Below, piece after piece: positions 23,589-36,733 of a stretch of DNA of 64,000 nucleotides. The notes beneath the pieces are model-generated. The model searched no databases, had not been told where the DNA came from, and was given only the letters and a program-made list of their open reading frames with translations. Source of the stretch: Phyllosticta citribraziliensis (lineage: Eukaryota); the NCBI RefSeq assembly GCF_038025025.1, contig NW_027117348.1, positions 186,001 to 250,000 on the forward strand. Direction: 5' to 3'. The position numbers and the translations under genes were made by a program. How positions within the stretch are numbered: position 1 is the stretch's first letter; each line of letters opens with the position of its first letter.

Positions 23589-23930
23589 CTACACTGGCCT
23601 CTCATGGCTTTGCCTCTACGTCTTCCAGCCGAACACGACCAAGTCGAGGGTATCTGGCGAACTGAGTTGCAGCCGCCTGGTCCGATATCTATTGCCTGGA
23701 TGATACCCTGGCGGTCTGCTGGGCTTCCAAAATGACGAGAGACGCGGCTCATAGATCAAGCCGTCAGGGTGGGCAATACAGGCCAGACTAAACTCCGTAA
23801 GTCTGGCATGGTTGATGAAGAAGCTCTGAGCCGTGCCTGTAGTATACATCTTTGCCCTAAAGGTCTTCGACGCCAAAGACCGGTCTTGAGACTGAGAAAT
23901 CTTTAATCTTGAAAAGACCAGCGTTGTGGA
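23589..23930 (-). pseudogene. Orphan copy of F-box-array exon 3, closest to member 3
   Basis: Translation is DRSLASKTF..EFSLACIAHPDGLIYEPRLSSFWKPSRPPG..RTRRLQL..GWKT*RQSHERPV*. The internal stop replaces the conserved Trp, and exons 1-2 are absent. Confidence 0.75.
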
Positions 23931-24023
23931 GAAGCTATTTGACAAAAATACATATGAATGTCCAATTGAACTGCCTGGATCAGAATATACAACGTCTGCC
24001 CAACCTTCCAGCCCGGCCTATGG

Positions 24024-25557
24024 CTAGACAGGTCCCTCAGAGCTCGGCCTCCATGACTTGCAGTCTACCATGCCCAAGTTTAGCGTGTCCACAGATTGAA
24101 GCTGCAATCGCCGCGTTCGAAAGCCTCGGAAGCCTGGGGGCCGGGTGGCTTTCCAGAATGAGAGGAGACGCGGCTTGTAGATCGATCCCCCGGGATGGCC
24201 AACGCAGGCCAGACCAAACTCCTTCAGCCCTGGATTCCGTCGGAAGAAAACTTGCGCAGTCGCAATTATATACTTCTTTGAGAAGAAAGTCTTCGATGCC
24301 AGCGACCGGTCATCGGGCTTTCCGGTGACGACGAGCGTAAGGGATCTCAGCCTCGGGAACCGCTCCTCCATTTCGGAGTCCATCTTGAAATAATCAGCCA
24401 CAGTTGTTGCAGGAGGAGATTTTGGGTTTACCTACGAAGTAAAGGTTGAGTCTGTTGCGCCCGTGGATCTGACCCACCAAGGTCAGGGACTCGATGTTGG
24501 GCATCTCGACGAACTCATTCCACATGGATGAGAACGTCATGTCGACCTCGAGAGATCGCAAGCTTTTGAGACCGGCCGCGTATACCAGTTCCTCCGGGAG
24601 AAGAGTGAGATCAGGGCCTCTCGTTGGAAATCCCACCAGGGTAAGTGACGAAATGTTTGGGCAGTAGGTGATCAGAGAAGATGAGACCGGATCGACGACG
24701 AGGCTCTTCACAAATGGAAGTTGGGGAAGGCACTGGAGGTATTTGTCGAAGTCCGTGAGCTTGGCGGACCTGGGCAGAACGACCGAAAGCTTTTCGAGCC
24801 TCTCTGTACACGACAAGGCGTCGTGGAGACGTCGTCCAGCTCTCTGTATGATGCTTCCAGGTACCGGGGGTCTCGAAGAGCTATCTCTGTGGCTCGTTAT
24901 AGCGAGGGATCTTTGGGACCATTTAGCTTGTAAGCCGGGGAACTTTGGGGAGAGTAAGTCAAACCTTGTCTTTGAGATCGCTTCAGGACCGAATCGGGCC
25001 AAGCCTGCGCAGTTGAACTTTTTGATTGGGAGAGAATGCGGGTATGGCCATGGGTGGTCCTCCACATCCACGACGATTCCGCGGTGCAACAGTGGGAGGC
25101 ATATGTCTCTCATTGTCCTGCTTGTCATTGAGAGATTGACAAGGGAGCTGGGACCAGGGCTATGGCGGACAGGATCCATGGTACCCACCCAACCAGCAAT
25201 CGCCAAAAGGATATCCACATTGAGAGTGTCGAGCGGCGTTGGATCTCCTGGACAAACCATGTTTGCCGCCTCAAAGAGACCAGAGAGCCGCAGCATTTCA
25301 TTTCCAGCGATATTCTCGGCGTGGTCAACCTCAATTGGGAGGCGCTTCGTGGCGTCTGGAAGCTTGCTGGAGCTTGCTGAGCGAGTGCGATGGTGGAATG
25401 GGCGACCCATAGAGCAGGAAACACACGCAAGGCCTGCCTGGGGGGGTGTCGCAAGGCAGAGAGTGTGGCCGGATGGACGGAATCCGTCGGTCTCGCAAAG
25501 CACAGGTATATTGGTGCGTGGGGGGCTCGAAGCTGAGCGCGATGCTCGAGGTCCCAT
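24024..25557 (-). CDS. F-box-like array member 3 (~475 aa, extended N-terminus; start uncertain)
   Basis: Exons are 25557-24965, 24910-24436 and 24383-24024; intron 1 is 54 nt and in frame. It has LDTLNVDILLAIAGWVG..LVNLSMTSRTMRDIC and LPFVKSLVVD..CPNISSLTLVGF, and ends WRPSSEGPV. Confidence 0.75.
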
Positions 25558-27206
25558 ATTTCCTGGACCGAAAAGACTAAGGACAGCCGGGTCGCTTACC
25601 GAGCGCAAGTGGCAAAGCGTCTGTCCAGCTTGGCTGACCTTTTCCACAGCCTGGAGATGGGAAGACACTGTGGAACAAAGGTTAGTGGCGAAGATCAGTT
25701 GCGCGGCTGGGCAAATTGTTGTTGGAAACACCCACTGGTTAGGTTTGTGATGGAAAATCCTGCAAAAGGTGCTGTGTACGACTTGAGTTGTCGAAGGGTC
25801 GAGAGAGGATGCGAACGTCGAGGGCTGGGACTTTTTCAGACGATGGAAGATGGGAAGAGAGAGTGGTGGTGTTTTGGTGGGCGGCGGGGCGATGGACCTT
25901 GGAACCCATGGGTCGGCGTTGCACGTGACGTGGTGTCAATCTCGGCGCAGAGGCGCTTGGACGCGTAGTCCAGGGACTCGCCAAAATGCCCAGGGGCCTG
26001 CCAAAATTGACAATAAATATAGCCAGAAAGCCGCACAAGTGTTAAATATGCGCTTCCCTTGTTTTTGAACAATGCGTTGAACATCGATACACCAAAGTGA
26101 AAGAAGCAAAAGCGAACATTACGTTAATCGTAAAAAGCTGCTATGAAGAGGGCGAAAGAATCAAAAGAGCCGCCGAAATACCAGGCTTCCATGTCCCATG
26201 CATGTCCCATGTTGTTTTTGAGCGTTTCGAGTTGCAGCCGCCTTCCATGATAGTGGAGAGAAACCCCTTGCGGCTTTTGTTTCTTTTCACTTTCATTCAG
26301 GAGGTGACGCGCTTGGCTGACTGTAGCGAATAGGCCCGGTCTACCAACTACCCGAACTTGCCGTCGACATCGTCTGTTATACCAGCTGCCGAGTATATTT
26401 CTCTACTCGCTGCTTTCCAAAACGATCCAGAGTCAAGAGACCCGTTGAGAGCAATCTGGCAGCCCAAGTCTGGCTGGACACGGGAAGAACGTGCGAAATT
26501 GGGTTGGGACAAGCCCGAAAATACCGACATTACGGACAAGGCCACTGTTCTTATTCGGTTTGCAGCTGACCAAGGTGACTGTGTGGTGGGAAGACAAAGA
26601 GGGATAAAGAAAAAGATGTGAGCTCAACACATGAGCGGATGATAGAGTTGTAGAATTGCTGAGTCTCCCTCTTATGCTCAACCTGTCCAGATTAGTTTGA
26701 GTAGAGTAGCGCCGGGAACGCTGAACGCTAACGTACTTGTCTTGTTGAGTAGAGGGCCATCCTGACGTGCGTCTCGTAGTTACAAGAGCGTCTAAATTCT
26801 TGTAGCCCTTCTCTATCAGATCGGATAGACTGATGAGTCAGATGGGTAAAGAACTCATAGTCCTCCTCCAGACAGGAAACAGAGACAGGTTGAACTTGAG
26901 CCTATCAATGGCGCTGGGCAGTGGGTGGCAGACGAAATAGTTGAGTTTAACGAGAAAGCATTCGCTATACTGAGACTGATAGCTTTGTAAAGAAGAAAGA
27001 AAGAGCCATCCATCCCGTATACCCCAACACTGCCGCGTGACCTCCACTCTGACGTTGTCATGTTACGACTTCCCTTCGCTGTTGGGCTCTGGATGCTTGG
27101 TAACTGTGCATTGGATTGCTCGAGGAGAAAGTGGCCGTGACGATGCCGCTGCGAAATCGCGACACCGCCAACAAGTTGTGTCCCTTCGACCCTGAACCGT
27201 GGCTAC

Positions 27207-28461
27207 CTAAGGGGGTCCCTCGAGAGACGGACGCCATTCTCGGTAGCTGAACGCGCCGAGTTCAAGTTCACTTTCTTGCTCAATCGTAAATGCCGCAAAG
27301 TAATAAAGCGCAACGCCTGGTTGGCGTCGAGCCCTCCAACATGACAGCAGGGTTGGCGGGTTGATGTGGTAAAACGTAGGGGGGCCGTGGGTGATGCAGG
27401 CAATCGTGAACTCTTGGAGGTTGTGAGCCCTTTCGAAGAAGAGTTCGGCCCAGCGACTGGTGGTAATGCGTCTCCGAAAACTTCTCCAGGACGCTGTTGA
27501 GCCAAGCTCAGGCCCAGTGACCACGAGAGTCAACGACTGAACATTTGTCATTCGGCTGCGGAGGGCGTGCGCCAGCTGGGTAATGTTAGAAACAGCCTAC
27601 GAATGAATTTTGTGATTCATTGCCCAACTTACATGGTGAAGATCTGCGCGGTTATTGCCCGGGAGCTGGCAGACTACGGTCAAAGACGTGATCTGATTCA
27701 TTGTTGGGAGAGGGTGGACCATCGCGCCTCGAGCGGTATTGATCTCCAAAGCTCGCAGGTTCGGCATGTTGGCAGCGCGCGCAATCAATTGGCTCAAATT
27801 GCGAAAGCTAGCTCCAGGGGACGTCGTAAACCCCGTAAGCGTAAGGCGTTGGATATTGGGGCAGAAGTCGAGAAGGAATCGAGAAGTGTTGTCAATGACC
27901 AATTCTTCAATGAGCGGGAGACTGAAAGCGCCTTGTATGCCGGCAGCATTCTGCAAGTTTTGGAGAATGGTTGGCGTCGTGACAGTCAACTTGCGCAGTC
28001 CTGGTGCATTGGAGAGCACGTGAGACAAGATTGTTCCGGCCCTCTGAATCATCAAGTTGAGATCGAAATTTCCTGCGCGAGGCTGACCGGGCACCGTGAG
28101 AGCGAACGATCTAGAGCGAGTGGTCAGCAAAAGCACACTTTCTCAGGAAAGTTCGATCAAACCTGGTCCATCGAATGCCGTCTGGAAGTCCTCGCATGAC
28201 TTCCCGGGCATGGTTGGCTTGCCGCGAGAATAAATAATCAAGTCTTCCCACATGGCTCAAATCGTCAAAGTTGATGATGATGCCTCGGAAGCGCAGTTTC
28301 TGGCATGCAGTCCTCATTATACGGCTTGTCGACGCCAGGTTGACGATGTCGTTTTCGCCAGGCTGACCGCATACCGGCGACAGTGCTCCAACAGCACCGG
28401 CGATCTCCAAGAGCGCGTCGAATGGGAGAGCATCTAGGGGAGTGGAGTTGGGAGCGGCCAT
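27207..28461 (-). CDS. F-box-like array member 4 (~381 aa)
   Basis: Exons are 28461-28163, 28110-27633 and 27575-27207. It has LDALPFDALLEIAGAVG..IVNLASTSRIMRTAC..FRGIIINF and ends WRPSLEGPP. Confidence 0.8.
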
Positions 28462-28936
28462 TTTGGATATACGGAGAGAGTCGAGATCAGAAGGTAGGGG
28501 TTCCGCTGAAGGTTGGTGGTAAGGTGGGATGGAAAGAAGTCAGTGGTAGTTGTTTGGACTGCGCCGCAGCAAAACGTCCAGTCGGTATTCCAGCACCAGA
28601 AGCGATGGCGCACGTGGCATGTCATCAAAATGATTGGCGCCGGCATCCGAAATTAACACACTGCTATACTGAAGTGTTACGGGCAAAGAAAGATGATTGG
28701 CATTTTTGTCTCAACTGAAGAGATAAACATAAGAAGCAAATCAGAGCCAAGGAAAGTGTCACACTGTCCCTGCTAAAAGCTTTCTTCCAGAACTCCTCTG
28801 ACATTGCAAAGAGGCAATGATGAGTGAATAGAACTTAGGTATTGAGCTATCAATTTGAATTGGCAATGGGTAGTAGAAATGCGCAAACCAGACTGGCTGC
28901 TCCCAATCAATCTCCTTCTGCTGTCCCCTGAATCAT

Positions 28937-30175
28937 TCATGGTGGGCCCTCGTGCGATGGACGCCAGAGCTTGTAACGCACAAGACCAAGATCAATCTCG
29001 TCCCGTCGGTTGAGCCAGAAACCCTCCGCATAATGTCCAATCTTGGAGTTTCTATCGCGGCGACCCTCCCAACATGACAGCAGCTTTGGGTAGTGTAGGT
29101 ATTCCTCAGAATAGGTGATGCAAGCAAGAGAGAACTGCTGGAGATGTGGAATCTCCTCCAGGAAGGTCCGGGTCACATTTTCCGCCACCCTCTCGGTCTG
29201 GAATTTCCTCAGCGCCATCGATGGGGCATGCTCTAGTCCCGAGACCACCAAAGCCAACGAGTGGAGTTGAGGCATCCGCTCGTACATCGCAGCCGCAGCC
29301 TATGCAGATTAGCTTTTGTTTCCATTGGATCGAATGTGGCAACTTACTCGATAAAGGCCGCGCCAGTCTTTGCCTGGCATCGTACCAACCACCTGAAAAT
29401 GCTTGATCTGTGGCATGTACGGAATTTCGAGTTGCTGGGTGCAAAACTTGTAGTGCACCTCCAACTTCTCGACCTTCTCCATTTTTGCGATGCGCGAGAG
29501 GATATCCGCGAGAATGCCCGTGGCGGTGGCTTTTGCCAGAGAACCCAAGATCGTAACCGAGGTGACATTTGGACAATGCTCCAGCAGAAAATCCGAAGGT
29601 TGGTCGATCACGAGCTCCGTCACGAGAGGGAAGACGGGGACGCCTCCAGCAGCGTTCACGGCATCCTTGAAGTTGAACCTGGTTGCTGTGTCTGGAAGCG
29701 TGACCGATAGCTTGCGAAGTTCGGTCGGCTTGGAGAGCACGCGAGAGAGAAAAAGGGCCGCTCTCTGAATGCTTTTTTCGGTCACCGGGGAAGACACCGC
29801 GCGTGTCTCGCTGCGCGCTACGAATGCGAAAGACCTGCGGTGGGTTTTAGCAACTGGAGAGTCTCTTGAGGGCGAGGATTGAGAGCGAGGATCTTACCTG
29901 GTCCATTTTAGGCCCTCCGGAACGTCTTGAATAGCCTCGCTGGAGTTACCATCGCGCGAGAAGAGTCTTTGGAACTTTCCCAAAAAGTCTGGCAAGTCTT
30001 TCCAGTCGACGATGATGCCACGGAACTGCAAGCGCTCGCAGACCTTCTTCATACCCTTGCAGGTCGACGCAAGATTGACCAGAGGACTGGCTTCAAGAAG
30101 GTCCCGATGGATTGGCGCGGTCGCTCCAAGGTAGTGGACAATGTTTTCAACGAGTTCGACTGGAAGCTTGTCCAT
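28937..30175 (-). CDS. F-box-like array member 5 (~375 aa)
   Basis: Exons are 30175-29898, 29834-29348 and 29299-28937. It has MDKLPVELVENIVHYL..LVNLASTCKGMKKVC..FRGIIVDW and ends WRPSHEGPP. Confidence 0.8.
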
Positions 30176-30545
30176 GTTGGCACTGCTCGAGTTCGCTGCT
30201 GCGGAAGAGGCTCGTTGTGGGAAGGGAAGTTGATCGGGGGAGGAAAGCTTGTTGCGAAAGTGAGGTATCGAGAATAAAGGCTACCGTAAGGGAGATTGGG
30301 GGTTCGAGCGACTTTTATAAGTAGGGCTGTGATGGATGGCAAGGGTTGAAGACTGGGTGCTATCGGACCCTCAGGCGAAACTTTAATTCAACCATGTGCG
30401 CGCAGAACCGCGAACCACACTTTGACTGAGCACTGGACCAAAAATGAACCCCCCCAACGGTCAAAACCTCAATAGAAAATTCGCATGATCAATACGCGAG
30501 TTGAGATCCTTGTGAAGTATCCTTTAGATCTGAACCATGGTTCTG

Positions 30546-31786
30546 CTAAGGCAGACCCTCGGATGTCGGGGTCCACTCCTTGTAGCCGATACCACCAAAG
30601 GAAAGCTCGTTTCGTTCGTAGAGCGGAGAGTCTTCCAATTTTCCGTGTCCACGCTGGCGCTCCCAGCAATTAACCAGCTCCGGATCGTGCATGTGCTCGT
30701 CCCTGTAGAGAATACGGGCCATGGTCACTTTCTGGAGCGCGGGATGCTCGCGCAGAAAGCCGGCGGTGAAGTGCTTGGCGATTCTTTCTTTCCCCAGTTT
30801 TTTCCACGCCCTTGACGGAGCATGCTCGTGCGCGTGAATGACGATGGTCAAGGAGACGAGATTGGGCATCGTACTTGGCAAGCAAGTCGCGAACTTGACT
30901 TCAGTTAGCTAGTCGTCATGATTGATCTTGGCCTGAGTGCATCTACTTACATCCGCATAATGCCGCATCCAGTAGTGGCTGACCAGCGCGCCAACTACCC
31001 TGTAGTGGCGTACGTTACTCATGGTGGGAAATGGGAGCAAGGTCTCGTCGAATGTGGAGTTGTGCTCGACGGTATTCACTTTCTCCATGTTGGCAATCTG
31101 CGAGAGTAAATTATTGGAGGCGTTGTAAAACGAGCCATGTCTCGAGCAGCCCATGATTGTGACGGAAGTGACGTTTGGGCAACTGTTGAGGAGGAAGCCC
31201 GAGTGGAGATCAATCACCAGCTCTTTGACGAATGGGAGCGCTGGGATGCCGTGAATGCCCATGGCATTTTGGATTCTGAAGTCCTTCGCGGCGATGGGCA
31301 ACAGGACCGTCAGTTTGCTCAGCTCTGTCGCAGCAGAAAGCACGTGCGAAAGGAAGAGTCCGGCTCTCTCAATTGATTGGTTGGTGACTGGCACAACTCC
31401 AACACGGGTCTCGCGGCCTGCCTTGAAGGCGAATGACCTTTGGAGAGCTTAGCAATGGAGAAACTTCAAGCGGAGCGCATTGCGTACCTGGTCCATCTCA
31501 CATTCTCTGGGACACCCTGGGACGCCTGGGGGGAGTTGTTGCTGGGAAAGACGCCTCGGTGATGTCCTGAAGAGTTGATCAAGTCGTCCCAGTCGACGAC
31601 AAATCCGCGAAAGAGGAGTCGGTGGCTCATGTCTCTCAGTCGCTGGCTGGTGACATGGAACCTGACCAGGCTGTCCTGGCCTGGGTCAAGATAGATTGGC
31701 GCAAGTTTTCCGACCTCTTCAGTAATCTTGAGAAGAAGCTCATCCGGGAGCTCTTCAAGCTTGCTGCGGCTTGCGATGTCAGCCAT
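30546..31786 (-). CDS. F-box-like array member 6 (~377 aa)
   Basis: Exons are 31786-31488, 31437-30951 and 30893-30546. It has LEELPDELLLKITEEVG..LLFRGFVVDW and ends WTPTSEGLP. Confidence 0.8.
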
Positions 31787-33683
31787 GGTAGAGAATTTCA
31801 CGTTTGGAGTGCGTTGAGAAGAAGGTGGAAGCTGGTGCTGTGTTTTGGTTGCGTAGGGCGACGCATGGAAGGTCTGGTACCGCTGGCACCACCGCCGCCT
31901 CAAGCACCACATGATCTGATTTCACAATGAGCGCGCAAAACCACCCAAGCTTTCACGGAGCGCTATGCCTAAAATGGATTCCCAACAGCCAGAAAATGGG
32001 CAGAACAACGTTCCGCTCAAGGTGCGAGCATAGACCCCTCCCAAAGTTACGAAGCGGCATCTTTCCCCCTAACAGACGACCTGGAATACACTGACTTTGA
32101 AAGTCTCTGCCTGGCACGAAGAAGGCCTGAAGCACCTCTTTATACCTTGGGAAAGGCAAGATTTCCAGGCCGACCAACTCAAACAATTCCAAACGTCATG
32201 ATGATTGTGTTTTGCACAACTAAAGGCCAGCAATTAACGGTTGGACTTTCGACTACCGTCGCAAACGGGGAATGTTGAGTAAGAAACGCAGCAAGCGTGC
32301 AGCTTTCACGTGTTTCTTTCGTCAGTCTCATTCGTCCCGCACCGCAAGAGCGCCGAGAAATCAACACTGCCCTGACTACGGCCCTGGCAAGACCCCTTTC
32401 ATTGAGCAGGTGGAGGTTTGCTACGTGCCACACTAGATTGAGCATTACCAACGGCCACTTTTGACCCTTTCGAACCGACCCTGTCCAAGCATCAAGACAG
32501 TTTGCAAAGCCGGCGCAAATGTAAGACCTACCACGCTGCGATTCTGGCCAAGCGCCTCCAGGTGGGACTGAACCGCCCTTGATGTTTCCTGGCCAGTACA
32601 GCAATCTTGTGAAGCCTGTAGCTATGCTCCAGATATCAGAAATCGACAATCGCTTGTGGCAGGGCCAAAGTGGTCGACGTTCAGCAGCGAGGGCCGGCCC
32701 CCTGAAAGCGAGACGCAGCATGACAATCGTGCCTGGCCAAATAGATTGCCATTCTGACATCGTAAACTGTCTATCATGTATTTTGAAAGGTCGCAAGAGG
32801 CAACAGTATAAAGGGGTGAAGCGCCGCGGTCCAGTGTCTGCTTTCGAGAAGCCATGGCCGGCGTGATAGAGATTCTTTCCTCTTTCTCTGCGACTCCTAG
32901 TTGGCAGCCATGATCTTCCATGTTGTCCCTTTTGTATAGGTATCTCCTGGGGTACCTCGAGCCAATCCTCTAGCAGAAATTGTAAATATTCTCATCAGCA
33001 ACCACTTGGCAATACACTGTGGGTCTTGCCGCGCCGTGTTCCCTTTCTCGCAGAATTGTTGACCTTGAGCCACAAGTGCGTCTCGAGTTGTATCTGCTTC
33101 CCTGCATGATTTCCGATGCCATTACTGGGCGACGTTGCTCCGCTCATGCGCTGAATTTGGAAAGTGTTGGTGGAATTACTATAGCACCGGGCTCTCTTCT
33201 TGTTGGTTTCAGGAATCTCGGGCTTTCGAAGTCTTGTATAAGGGGAGAATTGGAAAATATTCATCCGTGTCGAGATACTGGAGTAAGTCGTGGGAATATT
33301 GTGTTTTGTCAGCAGCGCCGAGCTGGTGCGCCGCGCACTCCAGCCCGACCCTCAGCCAACACTATGCACCATCCAACATTATCACACCCACGCAACACGA
33401 AACTCTACACCAACCTCGCTTCTCCACAGCTGAAAGTCTTCACCTCGCCTTCTCATCCCAAGACGCTCCTCTTTTCTTGTAAGATTCCTTTGCGCATGGT
33501 CTATGGCCTCATTCGACCTCGCTAACAGGGAACCAGATCGAGACTCTGAGGCGACCACATCCGCCTTCGAATCCTTGCTCCTCATCAACCTTCATAGCTC
33601 CAAAAGTAAGCACCAATCCCACAAGACTATCTCGCGGTAAAGAGCTGGCGCTGACTAGCATCAAGCAGAGGCCAGCCAACAAG

Positions 33684-33899
33684 ATGCCGACTTTCCAGGG
33701 CAACAGCGACACGGTACTTATAATTTCGATCATTGTCCTCATCCTGTTTGGCGGGGCGTTCTTCATGGCGAGCGGCTATCGCCTGTTCCGAAACTTCGCC
33801 CTCGCAAACATGGTCCCAGCCGACGAGGAGGAATGGGTGGAGTTGCAGGACGAGGTGCCCCCGCTGCCCGCGTTACTCGACAGGTTGTTACCAGCGTAG
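33684..33899 (+). CDS. Possible small single-pass membrane protein (71 aa)
   Basis: ATG-initiated ORF with hydrophobic segment VLIISIIVLILFGGAFFM, followed by basic residues and an acidic tail. Confidence 0.35.
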   Translation: MPTFQGNSDTVLIISIIVLILFGGAFFMASGYRLFRNFALANMVPADEEEWVELQDEVPPLPALLDRLLPA

Positions 33900-35819
33900 C
33901 GGAGAGGATGGAGCTTGAAACCAAGCACGATTTGGAGCTGGATGGCGGGATAGGGATTTCTCGCAGACTGTCGCGATTGATGAAGAACTTCTCTGCGACG
34001 AGCTCTTAGCCAAATGGAGCGTTTGAAACCCGTGCCTAGTTTCCTTTGAATGCTTCTCAGTGACAAGTACAGCGTACCTCGAGTGATCCCGGATTTGCAG
34101 CAGTCTCGCATTGTTCAGTGTTTACCCCAGCCATCCCCACAAGTCCAAAATCGCAACTGCCATGGCCAAAACGCAGCCAGCACAAGGGTGACATGTTCTG
34201 TCCTCGTTAAATAAAGCCATCCAGCGCATGTAATGGAGGTTGTTCTGCCAGAAGGTGATCCAGCTGCGCTGTATAGCCAAGTGATGACATGCCATGCCCA
34301 CCGCCATCGTAGGGCCCTGTGGTTTTGCTCAGCAGCTTTGAAGTAGTCAGAGCGTGTGTTTCATGGAATAGTAGCACGTCCATGGTGTTAATTCAAGCCC
34401 TCACCTCGCGTGGCGCTGAGACCCATCCCAAAAAATAACCACTGCCACGACATTCCACGGACAGGAGGCGCTCGGACCACCACCGCCTGGCGCGTTTTGA
34501 TGCATCCCGTCGCGTCCATCGCACCTCGTACCTCGAACTTCATCTTTATTTCTTCCATCAACGCCTCTTCCATCAATTCCAACGTACCACGTGCCGCCTC
34601 AACTCTCTCTTCGTGAAATCGGACGATGCTGCTGCTGGCGACATGAACCGCGGCATTGTGCATCTCAGGTTCGTCGCCATTCCCAGGGAAACCCCCACCA
34701 CGTTCCATTTCATCGCGGGCTTCAACCGTCTGCATTTGACCACTCGCTGACAAGCCGCAGAAGCAAGCCGTGTCCCACGTCGCGTTGGCTTCAACATTGA
34801 CAACCCACGGCGGCCGAGGTCGGGTCCCATGAGGCATCGTCAGCGAAAAGCACTCGTGTTGTCGCATCTGAGCGCATTCGCCGACAAGATAGCTGCTGTA
34901 AGTCAAGCCCAAGTCTTCCTCTTGCTCCTCTCACTCGTTGAAGTACGCCCTGCCTGGGACGCGTTGAAGGTCGACCCAGCCCTCACAATTCCCTTCATCT
35001 GACGATGGGTCAACATCTCTTCCATCTCTCCTCGTCGCGCTGCGACACATCCCCACCTTCGCGTGGCCTGCTTTGCGGCATGGCAGCGTGGCACCTCGTC
35101 GACGACGTGCCGCCTACGGTAAGCAGCCTACGCGTGGCCCAGATCCAAAGTGCTGACCTTCCCAAAGACTCCGTTCACGCTCTTGCTGTCGGGCTGGCTG
35201 CATTGGCTCCATGCCGAAGCAGGCGCATGCCGTTGACAAGTGGGCTAGCAGCCATGTTGAACACCGCAAGTCAGTTGCCCCCTCCTTTCACTTGTGATAT
35301 TGTGTTTTACTGACAGATGAAAGCTTCAAGGATAAAAGCCAACAGGCCCGGCCTTTTCGAGAAGAAGCTGCGCAGAACCTGTTTACAACAGAGGCGAAGT
35401 CAGGTATGTGCCGGCTTCCACTTCACAATTGGACGACTGCTGACATGGAACGCAGCCACAACAACCCCGATTTCCGCGCGGTGCCGCACAAGGCTTGTTG
35501 GTTTTTGGACCTCTTCCCACGGAGCGCAAACACGGACAACCGGCAGATACAGAAAGCAGCCCAGGGTCCAAGGTCCGACAGGTTTGGGAACTGGTGCAGC
35601 TCAAAACCTCAGCATGAAACAGCCAACTCCATCGAGGAGAAGCAGACTTCCGGGGACGAGTTCCGTTGTGGCGTAGTGGAGTACGTTCCAGTCCACACTT
35701 TTCCAGGAGACTCATGCTGACTTTAGTAGAAGGTAGCTGCAGCAAGCCCGACATCCGTCTCGCCCTACCTCAACCAAGTCACGCTCAGACTGGCCAACAC
35801 CCCTCCACATTGTGCCAGA

Positions 35820-36350
35820 AGCAGCAAACGACAAATGACCCTACGCCCTCGGTCTGGGGCAGTGGCTCCAGCGCCCTGTGTCCAGACGATGCTCAAGGCC
35901 ATTGTCAAGGCAAGGCCCAGGGTTACGTTCCCTCCTCACACTCTCGAGGGGAGGCGTCGCCGAGCTGTCCTACCCCGAGCACTATTCGTGGGATGGATTC
36001 TTCCATCTGGATGTCTACGTTTGGAGACCTCTACAACACTCCTTCTCTCATTCGCCGCGGAACCTACTGGTTCAAAGAGGCATGCCGTGAGCGCCAGTCA
36101 GACTCCACCCTCAGCCTTCTCCTCGAAGTGGTCCCGTACATATACGCCTTCATTCCCGAGGGAGCAGCGGACGACAAATGACCACGCGCTCTCAGTCCGA
36201 GGGCAGTGGATACAGCGCCAAGACGATTGGCACGCGTTACAGGCGCATCAGACTGGTCAAAATGGCCGCCAACGACGACGCTCTCGACTTGAAGGAGAAG
36301 CGTCGCCATGTCTTACTACGCGGCGCTCGAATTCCTCGATGGACACCTCG
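35820..36350 (+). repeat. Diverged direct duplication with a period of about 340 bp
   Basis: AGCAGC..ACGACAAATGACC..GGGCAGTGG.T.CAGCGCC..AGACGAT..CTCTCGA..GCGTCGCC..GATGGA occurs collinearly from ~35820 and from ~36163. Confidence 0.6.
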
Positions 36351-36733
36351 GTCGCAACCAGATGCGCGCCTTCATTCGTATCCCTGAAGTCCCCGGTACA
36401 ACTTTCGAGAACGACTGCGCGGTTGTCTGTTGCGTGCTCGAAGATTGTGGTCTGTTTGTCCGTCATTCACCTTTCGCTCTGAATACCAGGGCGACCCCAA
36501 CGCCGGCTCTTGAATTCCCGTCATTCGCCGTGCCATCGTTCAGCGTCCAAGACGGGCGCTTCGTTGTCGTCAAAGAAGAGGCCGATAATGACACCCACGC
36601 CCACTCGCTTCCTCCTTTACGGCTTGCGGGATGCCTACCTCGCTTAGGAGGCCGAGCCTACTGCCGGCGCGAGCAGCTTCACCAGGAGCAACACGAGATC
36701 CCCTACATGTACTTCAATCAGCAGCAAGACTGC

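Noticed and set aside
26340..27060. Short protein-like ORFs inside the F-box array gap
   Set aside because: No motif, no similarity to the array members and no coherent exon model.
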